Notes under the pieces: generated by a model
The model's input: the letters and a program-made list of their open reading frames with translations, nothing else
Databases searched by the model: none
Told to the model about the DNA's origin: nothing
Program-made: the position numbers and the translations under genes
Origin: Candidatus Microsaccharimonas sp.
GTDB lineage: Bacteria; Patescibacteriota; Saccharimonadia; Saccharimonadales; UBA4665
DNA: 64,000 bases
Assembly (NCBI GenBank): GCA_035564115.1
Contig: DATMTN010000012.1
Location: forward strand, 25,673-89,672
Direction of reading: 5' to 3'
Part shown: positions 52,813-61,448 of the stretch, piece after piece
Numbering within the stretch: the stretch's first letter is position 1
Layout: the number at the start of each line of letters is the position of its first letter

Positions 52813-53220
52813 ATGAGTAAAGATAACGTGGCCAAGAAATTTGCAATCGGAGCCGCAGTTGCTGCCGCTGCCGGCTACCTAGCTGGCCTACTAACTGCAC
52901 CAAAAGCTGGTAAGGATACCCGCCAAGGGATCAAAGACAATGCTGCTAAGGGTGTAGCTGAGGCAGAGAAGCAGCTCCAAAACGTCCAGGATGAGCTCAA
53001 GAACGCCCTCGACGAAGCGTCTGCCAAGGGTGAAAAGCTCAGCAAAAAGGCCAAGGACGAGCTGCAAGACTTGGTTGCCAAAGCCGGTGAAGCCAAGGAC
53101 AAAGTCACAGAAGTTGCCAAAGCGCTGAAGAATGGTGCAGCCGAGGACAAAGAGCTGCAACGAGCACTCGATGACGCCAAGAAGGCTCTACAGCACCTCC
53201 GAGCTTACATGTCCAAGTAG
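52813..53220 (+). CDS. YtxH-domain protein
   Basis: An N-terminal hydrophobic helix is followed by APKAGKDTRQ, then a Lys/Glu/Ala-rich coiled region. Confidence 0.65.
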   Translation: MSKDNVAKKFAIGAAVAAAAGYLAGLLTAPKAGKDTRQGIKDNAAKGVAEAEKQLQNVQDELKNALDEASAKGEKLSKKAKDELQDLVAKAGEAKDKVTEVAKALKNGAAEDKELQRALDDAKKALQHLRAYMSK

Positions 53221-53254
53221 CTCGACGTAAAAACTACCTGGTTTTACACCGTTT

Positions 53255-53277
53255 ATACCCCATATATGGGGTATAAT
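53255..53277 (+). promoter_or_regulatory. Perfect 20-bp palindrome overlapping the dnaE -10 element
   Basis: ATACCCCATATATGGGGTAT (53255-74) is its own reverse complement. TATAAT lies at 53272-77. Confidence 0.4.
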
Positions 53278-53304
53278 TATAAGTGAACGAGAGGGTAACG
53301 ACTG

Positions 53305-56300
53305 GTGCCAGGTAGCATGTCTAAAACAGCGCTTCAGGCGAGTGATTATGTGCACCTGCACAATCACACGCAGTACAGTTTGCTCGACGGCTTAACCAAG
53401 CTGCCGGCGTTGATTGATTTTGTCAAAACATCCGGCATGGAAGCAGTTGCCATGACCGACCACGGCACACTGTCCGGTACGGTTGAATTCTACAAAGAAG
53501 CCACCGGGAACGGTGTGAAGCCCATCATCGGTATGGAAACCTATGTCGCGGCGCGCACACTGCACGACAAAGACCCCGGCAAAGACAAGCCCAACTTCCA
53601 CCTCATCCTGCTGGCCATGAATGACCAGGGTTATCGCAACCTGATGCGACTAAGCACCATTGGTAACCTGCAGGGTTTTTACTACAAACCCCGTATCGAT
53701 CACGAGGTACTCGAGAAGTACAACGAAGGTCTGATCGTCGTCAGTGGCTGTATTGGTGGCGAAGTCGGTGACGCCATGCGTCAAGGCCAGTATGACCAAG
53801 CGCGTGATATCGCGAGTTGGTACAAAAAGGTCTTTGGTGATCGTTACTACATCGAGGTGCAGGATCACGGGCACGCTGACCACCCCAGCAAATGGGACGA
53901 GCAGGTACGGGTCAACGAGCAGCTGATAAAGCTAGCCGAAGAGCTTGATCTGCCCTGTGTCGTAACCTGTGATGCCCACTATTTGCGGCACGCTGACCAG
54001 GAAGCCCACGAAATCCTACTCTGTGTGCAGACGGGCTCCTTTATGAGTGACGAGAAGCGCATGAGCCTGAAAGATTTTGAGCTGCATGTTACCGAGCCGA
54101 GTGAAGTTATCGCCCGGTGGGGCAAGGAACACCCTGACTTCATAACTAATACTCGAACAATTGCTGATCGTTGTAAGGTGACACTGGAGCTGGGCAAGAT
54201 TCTGATTCCAAAATTCCCTGTGCCGAAGGGCGAAGATGAAAAGTCGTACCTAGATAAACTGGTATGGAGCGGTTTGGCCTGGCGCTACGGTGGGGTAGAC
54301 GAAGAAGTCGCCGCTACATTAGACATCGAAGCAGCCCGCAAAACATTGCCAAAGCATATTATTGAGCGGGCCGACTATGAACTGAGCGTTATCGACCAGA
54401 TGGGTTTCAACGGCTACTTCCTGATTATTTCCGACTTTATTAACTGGGGTAAAAATCAAGGAATCGTCTTTGGACCTGGTCGTGGCTCGGCAGCCGGTTC
54501 CATCATCTCGTACTCCCTCAAAGTAACCGAGCTTGACCCAATGAAATACGACCTCCTCTTCGAGCGCTTCCTGAACCCTGACCGTATCTCCATGCCCGAT
54601 GTGGACATCGATATCCAGGATACTCGTCGCAACGAAGTGATCCAGTACTGTGTTGAGAAGTATGGTACTGAGCGGGTAGCAAACATTGTGACCTTCGGCC
54701 GCATGGCGGCTCGTAATGCCGTCCGTGACGTCTCACGGGTACTACAAGTGCCGTATGCTGAGGCAGATCGCTGGGCCAAGATGATTCCAGCGCCAGTCCA
54801 GGGCAATCACATCCCGTTGGCGACATCACTCGAACGCGATGCTGATCTAAAACGCGAGTATGAAACCAACGAAAATGCCAAACGGGTATTCGACCTGGCT
54901 GTGCAGATGGAAGGTACGATCCGCAGCCATGGTGTGCACGCTGCTGGCGTCGTGATCGCGCCAACGGATATTGTCAACTATGCACCACTCGAAATGGCGC
55001 AGAAAGGTGTGGTGGCGACGCAGTATGCCATGGGCCCGGTCGAAGAGCTGGGACTGCTTAAGATGGATTTCTTGGGCCTGTCTAACTTGACGATTATCAA
55101 GAACGCCCTGCGTATCATTAAACGTGTTTACGACACGGACATCGATATCAACAATGTGCCACTCGATGATGAACAGACGTATCAACTATTGCAACGGGGC
55201 GATACAACGGGTGTGTTCCAGATTGAATCTGCTGGCATGAAGCGCTATCTAAAAGAATTGAAACCAACGGTGTTCGAGGACATCGTGGCTATGGTGGCGT
55301 TGTATCGGCCGGGTCCGATGCAGTTTATCGACGACTTTATCGCTCGCAAACATGGCGAGAAGCGGATCACCTACATGCATCCAAAAATGAAGGGCGCGCT
55401 GGAGACAACATACGGCGTGTTGGTGTATCAAGAACAGGTGATGCAGATTTCGAAAGACCTGTCGGGCTTTACCGGTGGCCAAGCCGATACTCTGCGCAAA
55501 GCGATCGGCAAGAAAAAAATTGACGTGATGCAGAAGATGAAGCAAGAATTCATCGATGGTGCTATTAAGGAGTCTAATGCAGATCGACCGACCATGGAGA
55601 AGTTCTGGAAGCAGCTCGAAGATTTCGCGGCCTACTGTTTCAATAAGTCACATGCCGCTTGCTATGGGCTGATTGCGTACCAGACGGCGTATCTGAAGGC
55701 GCATTATCCAGCGGCTTTCATGGCGGCACTCATGACCAGTGACTATGACGATACAGATCGTTTGGCGATTGAGATTACGGAGTGTCAGCACATGGGTATT
55801 AAAGTACTGCCACCGGATGTCAATGAATCGTTCGTTGAATTCGCTGTTGTACCAAATCCAGACAATCCCGACGACCGCAAAGCACCAATTCGTTTCGGTA
55901 TGTCGGCTATCAAGAACGTGGGTACTGGGGCAGTTGAAGAGATCCTCCGGGCTCGTCACGAAGCGCCGTTTGAAACTCTAGAAGATTTCCTGAGCAAGGT
56001 CAGTACACGCATTGCCAACCGCAAAGCACTGGAAAGTCTGGTGAAGGCCGGAGCTTTCGATAGGTTCGGTGACCGTAGTACGCTTTTGCACAATCTGGAC
56101 GTTATGCTGGCCTATGGGTCACGTTTACAAAAGCAGCTCAGTAGTGGCCAAGTAGATTTGTTTGGCAACCAAGAAGACACTGTTGTGCGGGCACAGTTAA
56201 CACTCGAAGCTCCCGTGGAACGTTTCGACACCCATCAGGCACTGCTCTGGGAACGGGAACTCCTGGGTCTATATCTGAGCCAGCATCCACTTGAACTCTT

Positions 56301-56961
56301 CGAAAAATTCCTCGAAGAACAGACAATTGCCATCAATACACTTAAACGGGAACATGATGGCCGGGCGGTGACAATTGGCGGTGCTATCACCGATGTTCGT
56401 GAGATTACGACTAAGAACGGACAGAAAATGGCGTTTGTGAAGCTCGAGGATCGCTTCGGTGAAATTGAGATTATCCTATTCCCAGGCAGTTTCCAGCAGA
56501 CGCTCGGGCTCTGGGAGCGCGATAAGGTTGTGCTGGTGCGTGGCAAAGTGAATGCTAAAGACCGCGAGGGCAACATCAGCTCCGATGTGAAGGTCATGGT
56601 TGATGACGCGCGCGAGATTACAAGCGAGCAAGCAACAGCGTACCAGACGACGGGCAAGAAAAAGAAAACGCCGAGTGCGAATAAGAAAGTAACCGTAAAG
56701 AAAACCGTGCCAAAGGATGAAGAAGTAAGCGCGGCTGACCCACGTCTTTATATTCGCCTCAAGACCAGCGAAAATGCTGAATTACTGCAGTCGCTTAAGC
56801 AAATGCTCGACGGCAACCAAGGGGGTACTGAAGTAGTTCTCGTACTCGGGGATGCTGATGCGCGCCAAGCCGTGAAATTGCCAGAGGGCGTGCAATCTGA
56901 TGAACAGGTACTCGCAGACCTACGCGAACTGGTTGGCGCCGAGAACGTGAAGTTGCACTAG
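53305..56961 (+). CDS. dnaE: DNA polymerase III alpha subunit
   Basis: The PHP motif HLHNHTQYSLLDG, the polymerase core and the OB fold are present. The start is the GTG at 53305 (GAGAGGG SD 7 nt upstream) or the ATG at 53317. Confidence 0.95.
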   Translation: MPGSMSKTALQASDYVHLHNHTQYSLLDGLTKLPALIDFVKTSGMEAVAMTDHGTLSGTVEFYKEATGNGVKPIIGMETYVAARTLHDKDPGKDKPNFHLILLAMNDQGYRNLMRLSTIGNLQGFYYKPRIDHEVLEKYNEGLIVVSGCIGGEVGDAMRQGQYDQARDIASWYKKVFGDRYYIEVQDHGHADHPSKWDEQVRVNEQLIKLAEELDLPCVVTCDAHYLRHADQEAHEILLCVQTGSFMSDEKRMSLKDFELHVTEPSEVIARWGKEHPDFITNTRTIADRCKVTLELGKILIPKFPVPKGEDEKSYLDKLVWSGLAWRYGGVDEEVAATLDIEAARKTLPKHIIERADYELSVIDQMGFNGYFLIISDFINWGKNQGIVFGPGRGSAAGSIISYSLKVTELDPMKYDLLFERFLNPDRISMPDVDIDIQDTRRNEVIQYCVEKYGTERVANIVTFGRMAARNAVRDVSRVLQVPYAEADRWAKMIPAPVQGNHIPLATSLERDADLKREYETNENAKRVFDLAVQMEGTIRSHGVHAAGVVIAPTDIVNYAPLEMAQKGVVATQYAMGPVEELGLLKMDFLGLSNLTIIKNALRIIKRVYDTDIDINNVPLDDEQTYQLLQRGDTTGVFQIESAGMKRYLKELKPTVFEDIVAMVALYRPGPMQFIDDFIARKHGEKRITYMHPKMKGALETTYGVLVYQEQVMQISKDLSGFTGGQADTLRKAIGKKKIDVMQKMKQEFIDGAIKESNADRPTMEKFWKQLEDFAAYCFNKSHAACYGLIAYQTAYLKAHYPAAFMAALMTSDYDDTDRLAIEITECQHMGIKVLPPDVNESFVEFAVVPNPDNPDDRKAPIRFGMSAIKNVGTGAVEEILRARHEAPFETLEDFLSKVSTRIANRKALESLVKAGAFDRFGDRSTLLHNLDVMLAYGSRLQKQLSSGQVDLFGNQEDTVVRAQLTLEAPVERFDTHQALLWERELLGLYLSQHPLELFEKFLEEQTIAINTLKREHDGRAVTIGGAITDVREITTKNGQKMAFVKLEDRFGEIEIILFPGSFQQTLGLWERDKVVLVRGKVNAKDREGNISSDVKVMVDDAREITSEQATAYQTTGKKKKTPSANKKVTVKKTVPKDEEVSAADPRLYIRLKTSENAELLQSLKQMLDGNQGGTEVVLVLGDADARQAVKLPEGVQSDEQVLADLRELVGAENVKLH

Positions 56962-58025
56962 CGAATAACGCCAGCTGAGTGGCTGAGCACGACTGCAAGG
57001 ACGGCCAGTGCGACGAAAAGCATATCGAGCAGTGGGTGATGCAAGATGAGTTGTTCACCTCGCTTGATGACTTTATGCCAGGCAATGCCGTGACGCAGCA
57101 GGAATAGCGCAATCGCGCCAGTACCAATGAGTGCCACAGCTAAACCGCTCCATGGGGCTTTACCGGCGGTTAAGAGTTGGGTTCGACTGACATGTTGTTG
57201 TTCGGGCTCCTGGACATTCTTCAGCTGAGTATTCGAGGGGACAACAATGTCGGTTGAATTGGCGGGATTAGAGTTAGGGGTTGGAGTGGGGTCGCTGGCT
57301 TGTGTGGGCTGGGTGTCTGCGCCTCCCGAGCCACTGGCAGCACTCCCACCAGATGACTGCTGGGTCGCTGTTTGAGTCGGGGCCGGGGTAGAAGGCGCTG
57401 GCGGCGGAGCTGCAGCAGCTGGCGCTGGCGTGCTCGCTGGTGAAGCGTACATAGCAACGACAAGTGTCTCGGGCCCGGTACCTTGATAGTTAGCGATATT
57501 AATGTATCCAAAACCGACTTCGGTGTAACCACCATTAAGGATATTCGCCCGGTGTTCGGGACTGTTCATCCAGCCAGTTAAGGTATCGGCAGCAGTGTCG
57601 AAGCCGTACGCTAAGTTCTCGCCGGCTAACTGGTAGTTATACCCGGCGGCCGTGATAAAGGTCCAGGGGGTCTGCCCATCGGGCGTATTGTGTGACCAGT
57701 AATCACGGGCTGCCATGTCGTTCGCTTTGCTCTGCGCAGCATTATCCAGCAGACTGTTTAGCCCCAGTGCGGCCTCGCCGTTGCCAATACGCTGTTGGTT
57801 GGTATCGTCCAGTAACTCCTGGATGCTCATATCAGTTGCATATCCTAGTACCGAACCATGCCCTGGCAGCCAGCTGACATTACTGAGCAATATGCCGGCA
57901 ATCACGATGCCGACAATAGGCAAGTAGGGCCAGTACGGTTTGTGGTACGTCTTGCTGTGCCGGTGGTGTCGACCGGTGTTTTTCTTGTGATGGGCGGGTG
58001 GTTTGAGCGGAGCTACAAGTGTCAT
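56958..58025 (-). CDS. CAP/SCP (PR-1-like) domain membrane protein
   Basis: A basic, His-rich N-terminus is followed by a TM helix. The CAP core is AAQSKANDMAARDYWSHNTPDG...GWMNSPEHRANIL. A Pro/Ala-rich linker and C-terminal TM helices follow. Confidence 0.7.
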   Translation of the reverse strand: MTLVAPLKPPAHHKKNTGRHHRHSKTYHKPYWPYLPIVGIVIAGILLSNVSWLPGHGSVLGYATDMSIQELLDDTNQQRIGNGEAALGLNSLLDNAAQSKANDMAARDYWSHNTPDGQTPWTFITAAGYNYQLAGENLAYGFDTAADTLTGWMNSPEHRANILNGGYTEVGFGYINIANYQGTGPETLVVAMYASPASTPAPAAAAPPPAPSTPAPTQTATQQSSGGSAASGSGGADTQPTQASDPTPTPNSNPANSTDIVVPSNTQLKNVQEPEQQHVSRTQLLTAGKAPWSGLAVALIGTGAIALFLLRHGIAWHKVIKRGEQLILHHPLLDMLFVALAVLAVVLSHSAGVIR

Positions 58026-58073
58026 ATGGGTTGTTTGTTTTTGCTAATTTTAACTAATTATACCATAAGCAGG

Positions 58074-58568
58074 TCAGGAGAAGCGACAATGATAGAGCGC
58101 CATGGCAGCGGCTTGCACGACATTGAAGGATTCTTTCTTACCGAACATCGGAATCTCGACGCTGGTATCACAAAGCTCTAATACTTCGGGCTCAACTCCT
58201 TCAACTTCCCGGCCCACCAGAAGGGCAATTTTGTCTGGGACCTGGAACGTCGCCAACGGTACGGAGGTCGCGGACTGTTCAACGGCAACGATACTGAAAC
58301 CATCGCTCTGTAAGTCGGCAATCGTTTTGAAGACATCTGCCTCATGCTGCCAGGGAATCAGCGTCTCGGCATCGAGGGCAGTTTTATGAATTTGTTGGTC
58401 AAGCTTGCGGGCAATGTGGGGCAGACGGTCGTCGTTGGGGGCGAGCGGATAGGGAGTATAGCCGGTCATGTATAGTTTGCTAACTCCAAGTCCCTCGGCG
58501 GTTCGCAGCAGCGAACCAATATTATGGGTGCTGCGCAGATTGTGGGCGATCAGAATAATGTTTCGCAT
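58074..58568 (-). CDS. SpoU/TrmH-family RNA 2'-O-methyltransferase
   Basis: Motifs LIAHNLRSTHNIGSLLRTAEGLG and LLVGREVEGV...IPMFGKKESFNV. The start lies 6 nt after a minus-strand TATAGT. Confidence 0.8.
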   Translation of the reverse strand: MRNIILIAHNLRSTHNIGSLLRTAEGLGVSKLYMTGYTPYPLAPNDDRLPHIARKLDQQIHKTALDAETLIPWQHEADVFKTIADLQSDGFSIVAVEQSATSVPLATFQVPDKIALLVGREVEGVEPEVLELCDTSVEIPMFGKKESFNVVQAAAMALYHCRFS

Positions 58569-58629
58569 ACACCTACTATACCGGCACCAGCGTAGACAGG
58601 CATACTGCTCATGCTTTATGATAGGGGAT

Positions 58630-60234
58630 ATGTCTCAAGACGCCCGTGCCGACGAGGAACTTTCCACCCAACAGCGAGCCCGTATATTAGGACTCGACTA
58701 TGCCGATACCTTCCATATGGCTGAGAAGCCACTGTACAAGGACCTCCTGACTCTCAATGAACTCAGGAGTTTGCGCATTGTGCCGCTGCGGGTTGACCAA
58801 AATAACATCATGTTCGGTATCACGACCAGTACGTCACAGACGACCATGAATCAGCTGCGACAGCGCTTTAGTGATCAACGGGTCGGCTTCGCGATTATCT
58901 CCGACGCTGGTTTCCGCGACTACATGGCGCTGTATGATCCCCCAAAGCAAGTGGTTTACCAGGATATCAATATCAGTAATGCTGGTTCCGACCAGATGGT
59001 TTCCCAAGTCTCCCAGACGCTCGAGCAGGTGCGAGCCGATGACATGTTGGCCTATCTGGTTGAGCAAGCGCACGGTCTCGGGGCATCTGACATCCATGCT
59101 GAGTGTCAGCAGGGTTTTGTGCGTATTCGTTTCCGTATTGACGGTGTGCTGCATCCGATTGCCAAGCTGAGCTATGAGAAGTATCGGCTGCTCGTATCGG
59201 CTGTGGCGAGTGCGGCCGGCATATCTACCTCCGATCCCGATGCCCAACAAGGGCACATTGCCCAGCATCTCAAGATGGCCAACGGCTCAGAAGTAGATGT
59301 AAACGTTCGTCTCGAAACGGTACCAACTATCAACGGCATGGACTTCGTGATGCGTCTGTTCAACATGAACCAGGATATGTACAACCTCGACCGCTTGGGC
59401 TTGTTGCCGGCTGAGCGAGCAGTCGTCGATGATATTATCGCCAAGCCGAGCGGCCTGGTACTCGTCGTCGGTCCAACTGGCTCTGGTAAAACCACGACGC
59501 TGTACTCCATGCTTAACTCGCTCAACAACGAGGAGCGCAAGATTATCACCATTGAGGATCCAGTGGAATACGCGTTCCCGGGTATTGTGCAAATATCGGT
59601 CGCTAGCCAGAACTCTCAGGAGCTGAACTTTGCCGAAAAACTACGTGCTATCTTGCGCCTAGACCCCGATATTGTGATGGTCGGCGAGATTCGTGATAAC
59701 GACACGGCCAAGACAGCGCTGCAGGCTTCGCTCACTGGTCACCTCGTCCTTAGTACCTTCCACGCCAGTTCTGCCTCGGCTGCTTTGACGCGCCTGAGTG
59801 ATGTGATCGGTCAAAACCCTCTGTTCGTATCGGCTATTCGACTTGTCCTGGCACAGCGGTTGGTTCGTCAGCTGGACGATGCTCTTAAACAGCCTTACCA
59901 GCCCACCGAGGCTGAAGTTGCCAAGATTCGTGAGATTGTCGAGACCCTACCCGAAGGAGTTGAACGGCCGGATCTGAATAACCTGCAGCTGTTCAAGCCA
60001 GGAAGCTCCCCCGAAAACCCCTATGGCTTTAAGGGTCAGATTGCTATCCGAGAACTCTTTATGATGACCGGTGAAATCCGTAAGTTACTCGAGACGACCC
60101 ATACGGTGATATCAGCTCAGGAAATCGAAGCTGCGGCTATCAAGAGTGGCATGCGCACCATGCTTCAGGACGGTATCCTCGAAGTCTGCGCCGGTCGCAC
60201 CACCCTAGAAGAAGTCTTCCGCGTCGTCGGCTAA
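58630..60234 (+). CDS. Second GspE/PilB-family ATPase (orphan paralog lacking the tetracysteine motif)
   Basis: Trimmed to MSQDARADEEL, 7 nt after TATGAT. It has a T2SSE_N-like N-terminus, Walker A GPTGSGKTT and the core VGEIRDNDTA. No Cys occupies the region where PilB has CxxC...CxxC. Confidence 0.85.
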   Translation: MSQDARADEELSTQQRARILGLDYADTFHMAEKPLYKDLLTLNELRSLRIVPLRVDQNNIMFGITTSTSQTTMNQLRQRFSDQRVGFAIISDAGFRDYMALYDPPKQVVYQDINISNAGSDQMVSQVSQTLEQVRADDMLAYLVEQAHGLGASDIHAECQQGFVRIRFRIDGVLHPIAKLSYEKYRLLVSAVASAAGISTSDPDAQQGHIAQHLKMANGSEVDVNVRLETVPTINGMDFVMRLFNMNQDMYNLDRLGLLPAERAVVDDIIAKPSGLVLVVGPTGSGKTTTLYSMLNSLNNEERKIITIEDPVEYAFPGIVQISVASQNSQELNFAEKLRAILRLDPDIVMVGEIRDNDTAKTALQASLTGHLVLSTFHASSASAALTRLSDVIGQNPLFVSAIRLVLAQRLVRQLDDALKQPYQPTEAEVAKIREIVETLPEGVERPDLNNLQLFKPGSSPENPYGFKGQIAIRELFMMTGEIRKLLETTHTVISAQEIEAAAIKSGMRTMLQDGILEVCAGRTTLEEVFRVVG

Positions 60235-60250
60235 AGTCTACCAGAGAGGG

Positions 60251-60279
60251 TTGCAACAGATAAGAAAATAGTGTAAGAT
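60251..60279 (+). promoter_or_regulatory. Promoter of rplS
   Basis: TTGCAA, a 17-nt spacer ending in TG, then TAAGAT. The ATG lies 9 nt downstream. Confidence 0.5.
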
Positions 60280-60288
60280 GGTTCGGAT

Positions 60289-60804
60289 ATGGAAAGTGTG
60301 ATCTCAAAAATTAATGCGAAGTACCGCAAGTCGGCTGTTGTCGACGTGCGCAGCGGTGACACCGTGAAGGTACATCAGAAAATCCGTGAAGGTAACAAAG
60401 AACGTGTGCAGATCTTTCAGGGTCTGGTTATTCGTACTGACCGCAAGGGCAGTCACACCAGCCGCATTACGGTCCGCCGTATCGCAAGTGGTATCGGCGT
60501 AGAAAAGAGCTTCTTGCTCCACAGCCCATTGGTGCTGAAGATTGAAGTTACTAAGCGTTCCAAGGTTCGTCGTAACTACCTCAGCTACATGCGCGCTCGC
60601 ACCGGTAAGTCAGCTCGTCTGACTGGAATGGCGTTTGACGCAGAGGCTGTAAACAACATTCACGACGCTGCCGCTGAAGCTGCCGAAGCAGAGACTAAAG
60701 CTGCAGTTGCCGCCGAGGCCGAGGCTAAGGTCGAGGAAAAGGCTGCCGAAGAAGCAGCTAACGAAGCTAAGGTTGCTGAAGCTGTCGCTAAGCACGAAGC
60801 CTAA
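60289..60804 (+). CDS. rplS: 50S ribosomal protein L19 with an Ala/Glu-rich C-terminal extension of about 55 aa
   Basis: The L19 core is VRSGDTVKVHQKIREGNKERVQIFQGLVI...RRNYLSYMR. The tail is AAAEAAEAETKAAVAAEAEAKVEEKAAEEAANEAKVAEAVAKHEA. Confidence 0.9.
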   Translation: MESVISKINAKYRKSAVVDVRSGDTVKVHQKIREGNKERVQIFQGLVIRTDRKGSHTSRITVRRIASGIGVEKSFLLHSPLVLKIEVTKRSKVRRNYLSYMRARTGKSARLTGMAFDAEAVNNIHDAAAEAAEAETKAAVAAEAEAKVEEKAAEEAANEAKVAEAVAKHEA

Positions 60805-60824
60805 GTTTTAGACAAAGCACAACC

Positions 60825-60850
60825 AAGCTCCGAGCGATCGGAGCTTTTTG
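60825..60850 (+). terminator. Rho-independent terminator after rplS
   Basis: AAGCTCCGA-gcga-TCGGAGCTT forms a 9-bp stem, followed by TTTG. Confidence 0.7.
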
Positions 60851-60878
60851 TTTGCATGAGTAGGGTAAAATAGTAGAC

Positions 60879-61448
60879 GTGATAACGGTAGGCATTGATG
60901 AAGTTGGTCGTGGGTCATGGGCTGGGCCAGTTGTAGCTGGGGCGGTCGTGCTTGGCACGCCGATTCTGGGCCTGAACGATTCCAAAAAACTTAGCAAAGC
61001 TCAACGCGAAATTCTGGCCCTAGAGATCAATAGGAATGCTCGGGCCGTCGGCCTTGGCTGGGTAGATGCCAGCGAAGTCGACGCTATCGGTCTGACAGCA
61101 GCCGTTGGTTTGGCTATGCAGCGGGCACTAGAACAAATTAACAGCAACTTCGATGAAATCATTATTGATGGCAATCTCAATTATTTTCCGAATGATGCCC
61201 GGGCAAAAGCCGTCATCAAGGCTGATGCAAGCGTGCCGGCCGTCAGTGCGGCCAGCATCGTGGCCAAGGTGGCGCGCGATAGTTATATGGCAAATGTCGC
61301 CCACCAGAAATATCCAGAATATGCATTCGACAGACATGTGGGCTACGGCACGAGCTTGCACCAACAGATGCTAAAGTTATATGGAGTGACCGAACTGCAT
61401 CGCAAATCATACCGTCCAGTCCAAGCAATCATGGCGGCTATGGTATGA
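60879..61448 (+). CDS. rnhB: Ribonuclease HII
   Basis: GTG start 7 nt after TAAAAT. The motif GIDEVGRGSWAGPVVAGAVVL...DSKKLS is present. Confidence 0.9.
   Translation: MITVGIDEVGRGSWAGPVVAGAVVLGTPILGLNDSKKLSKAQREILALEINRNARAVGLGWVDASEVDAIGLTAAVGLAMQRALEQINSNFDEIIIDGNLNYFPNDARAKAVIKADASVPAVSAASIVAKVARDSYMANVAHQKYPEYAFDRHVGYGTSLHQQMLKLYGVTELHRKSYRPVQAIMAAMV

Noticed and set aside
57290-57440. Repetitive-looking DNA in the CAP-domain gene and in the rplS tail (60640-60800), considered as a possible CRISPR or tandem repeat.
   Set aside because: These are low-complexity coding regions (Pro/Ala/Thr-rich linker; Ala/Glu-rich tail). There is no repeat-spacer periodicity, and no CRISPR-like array was seen anywhere in the window.
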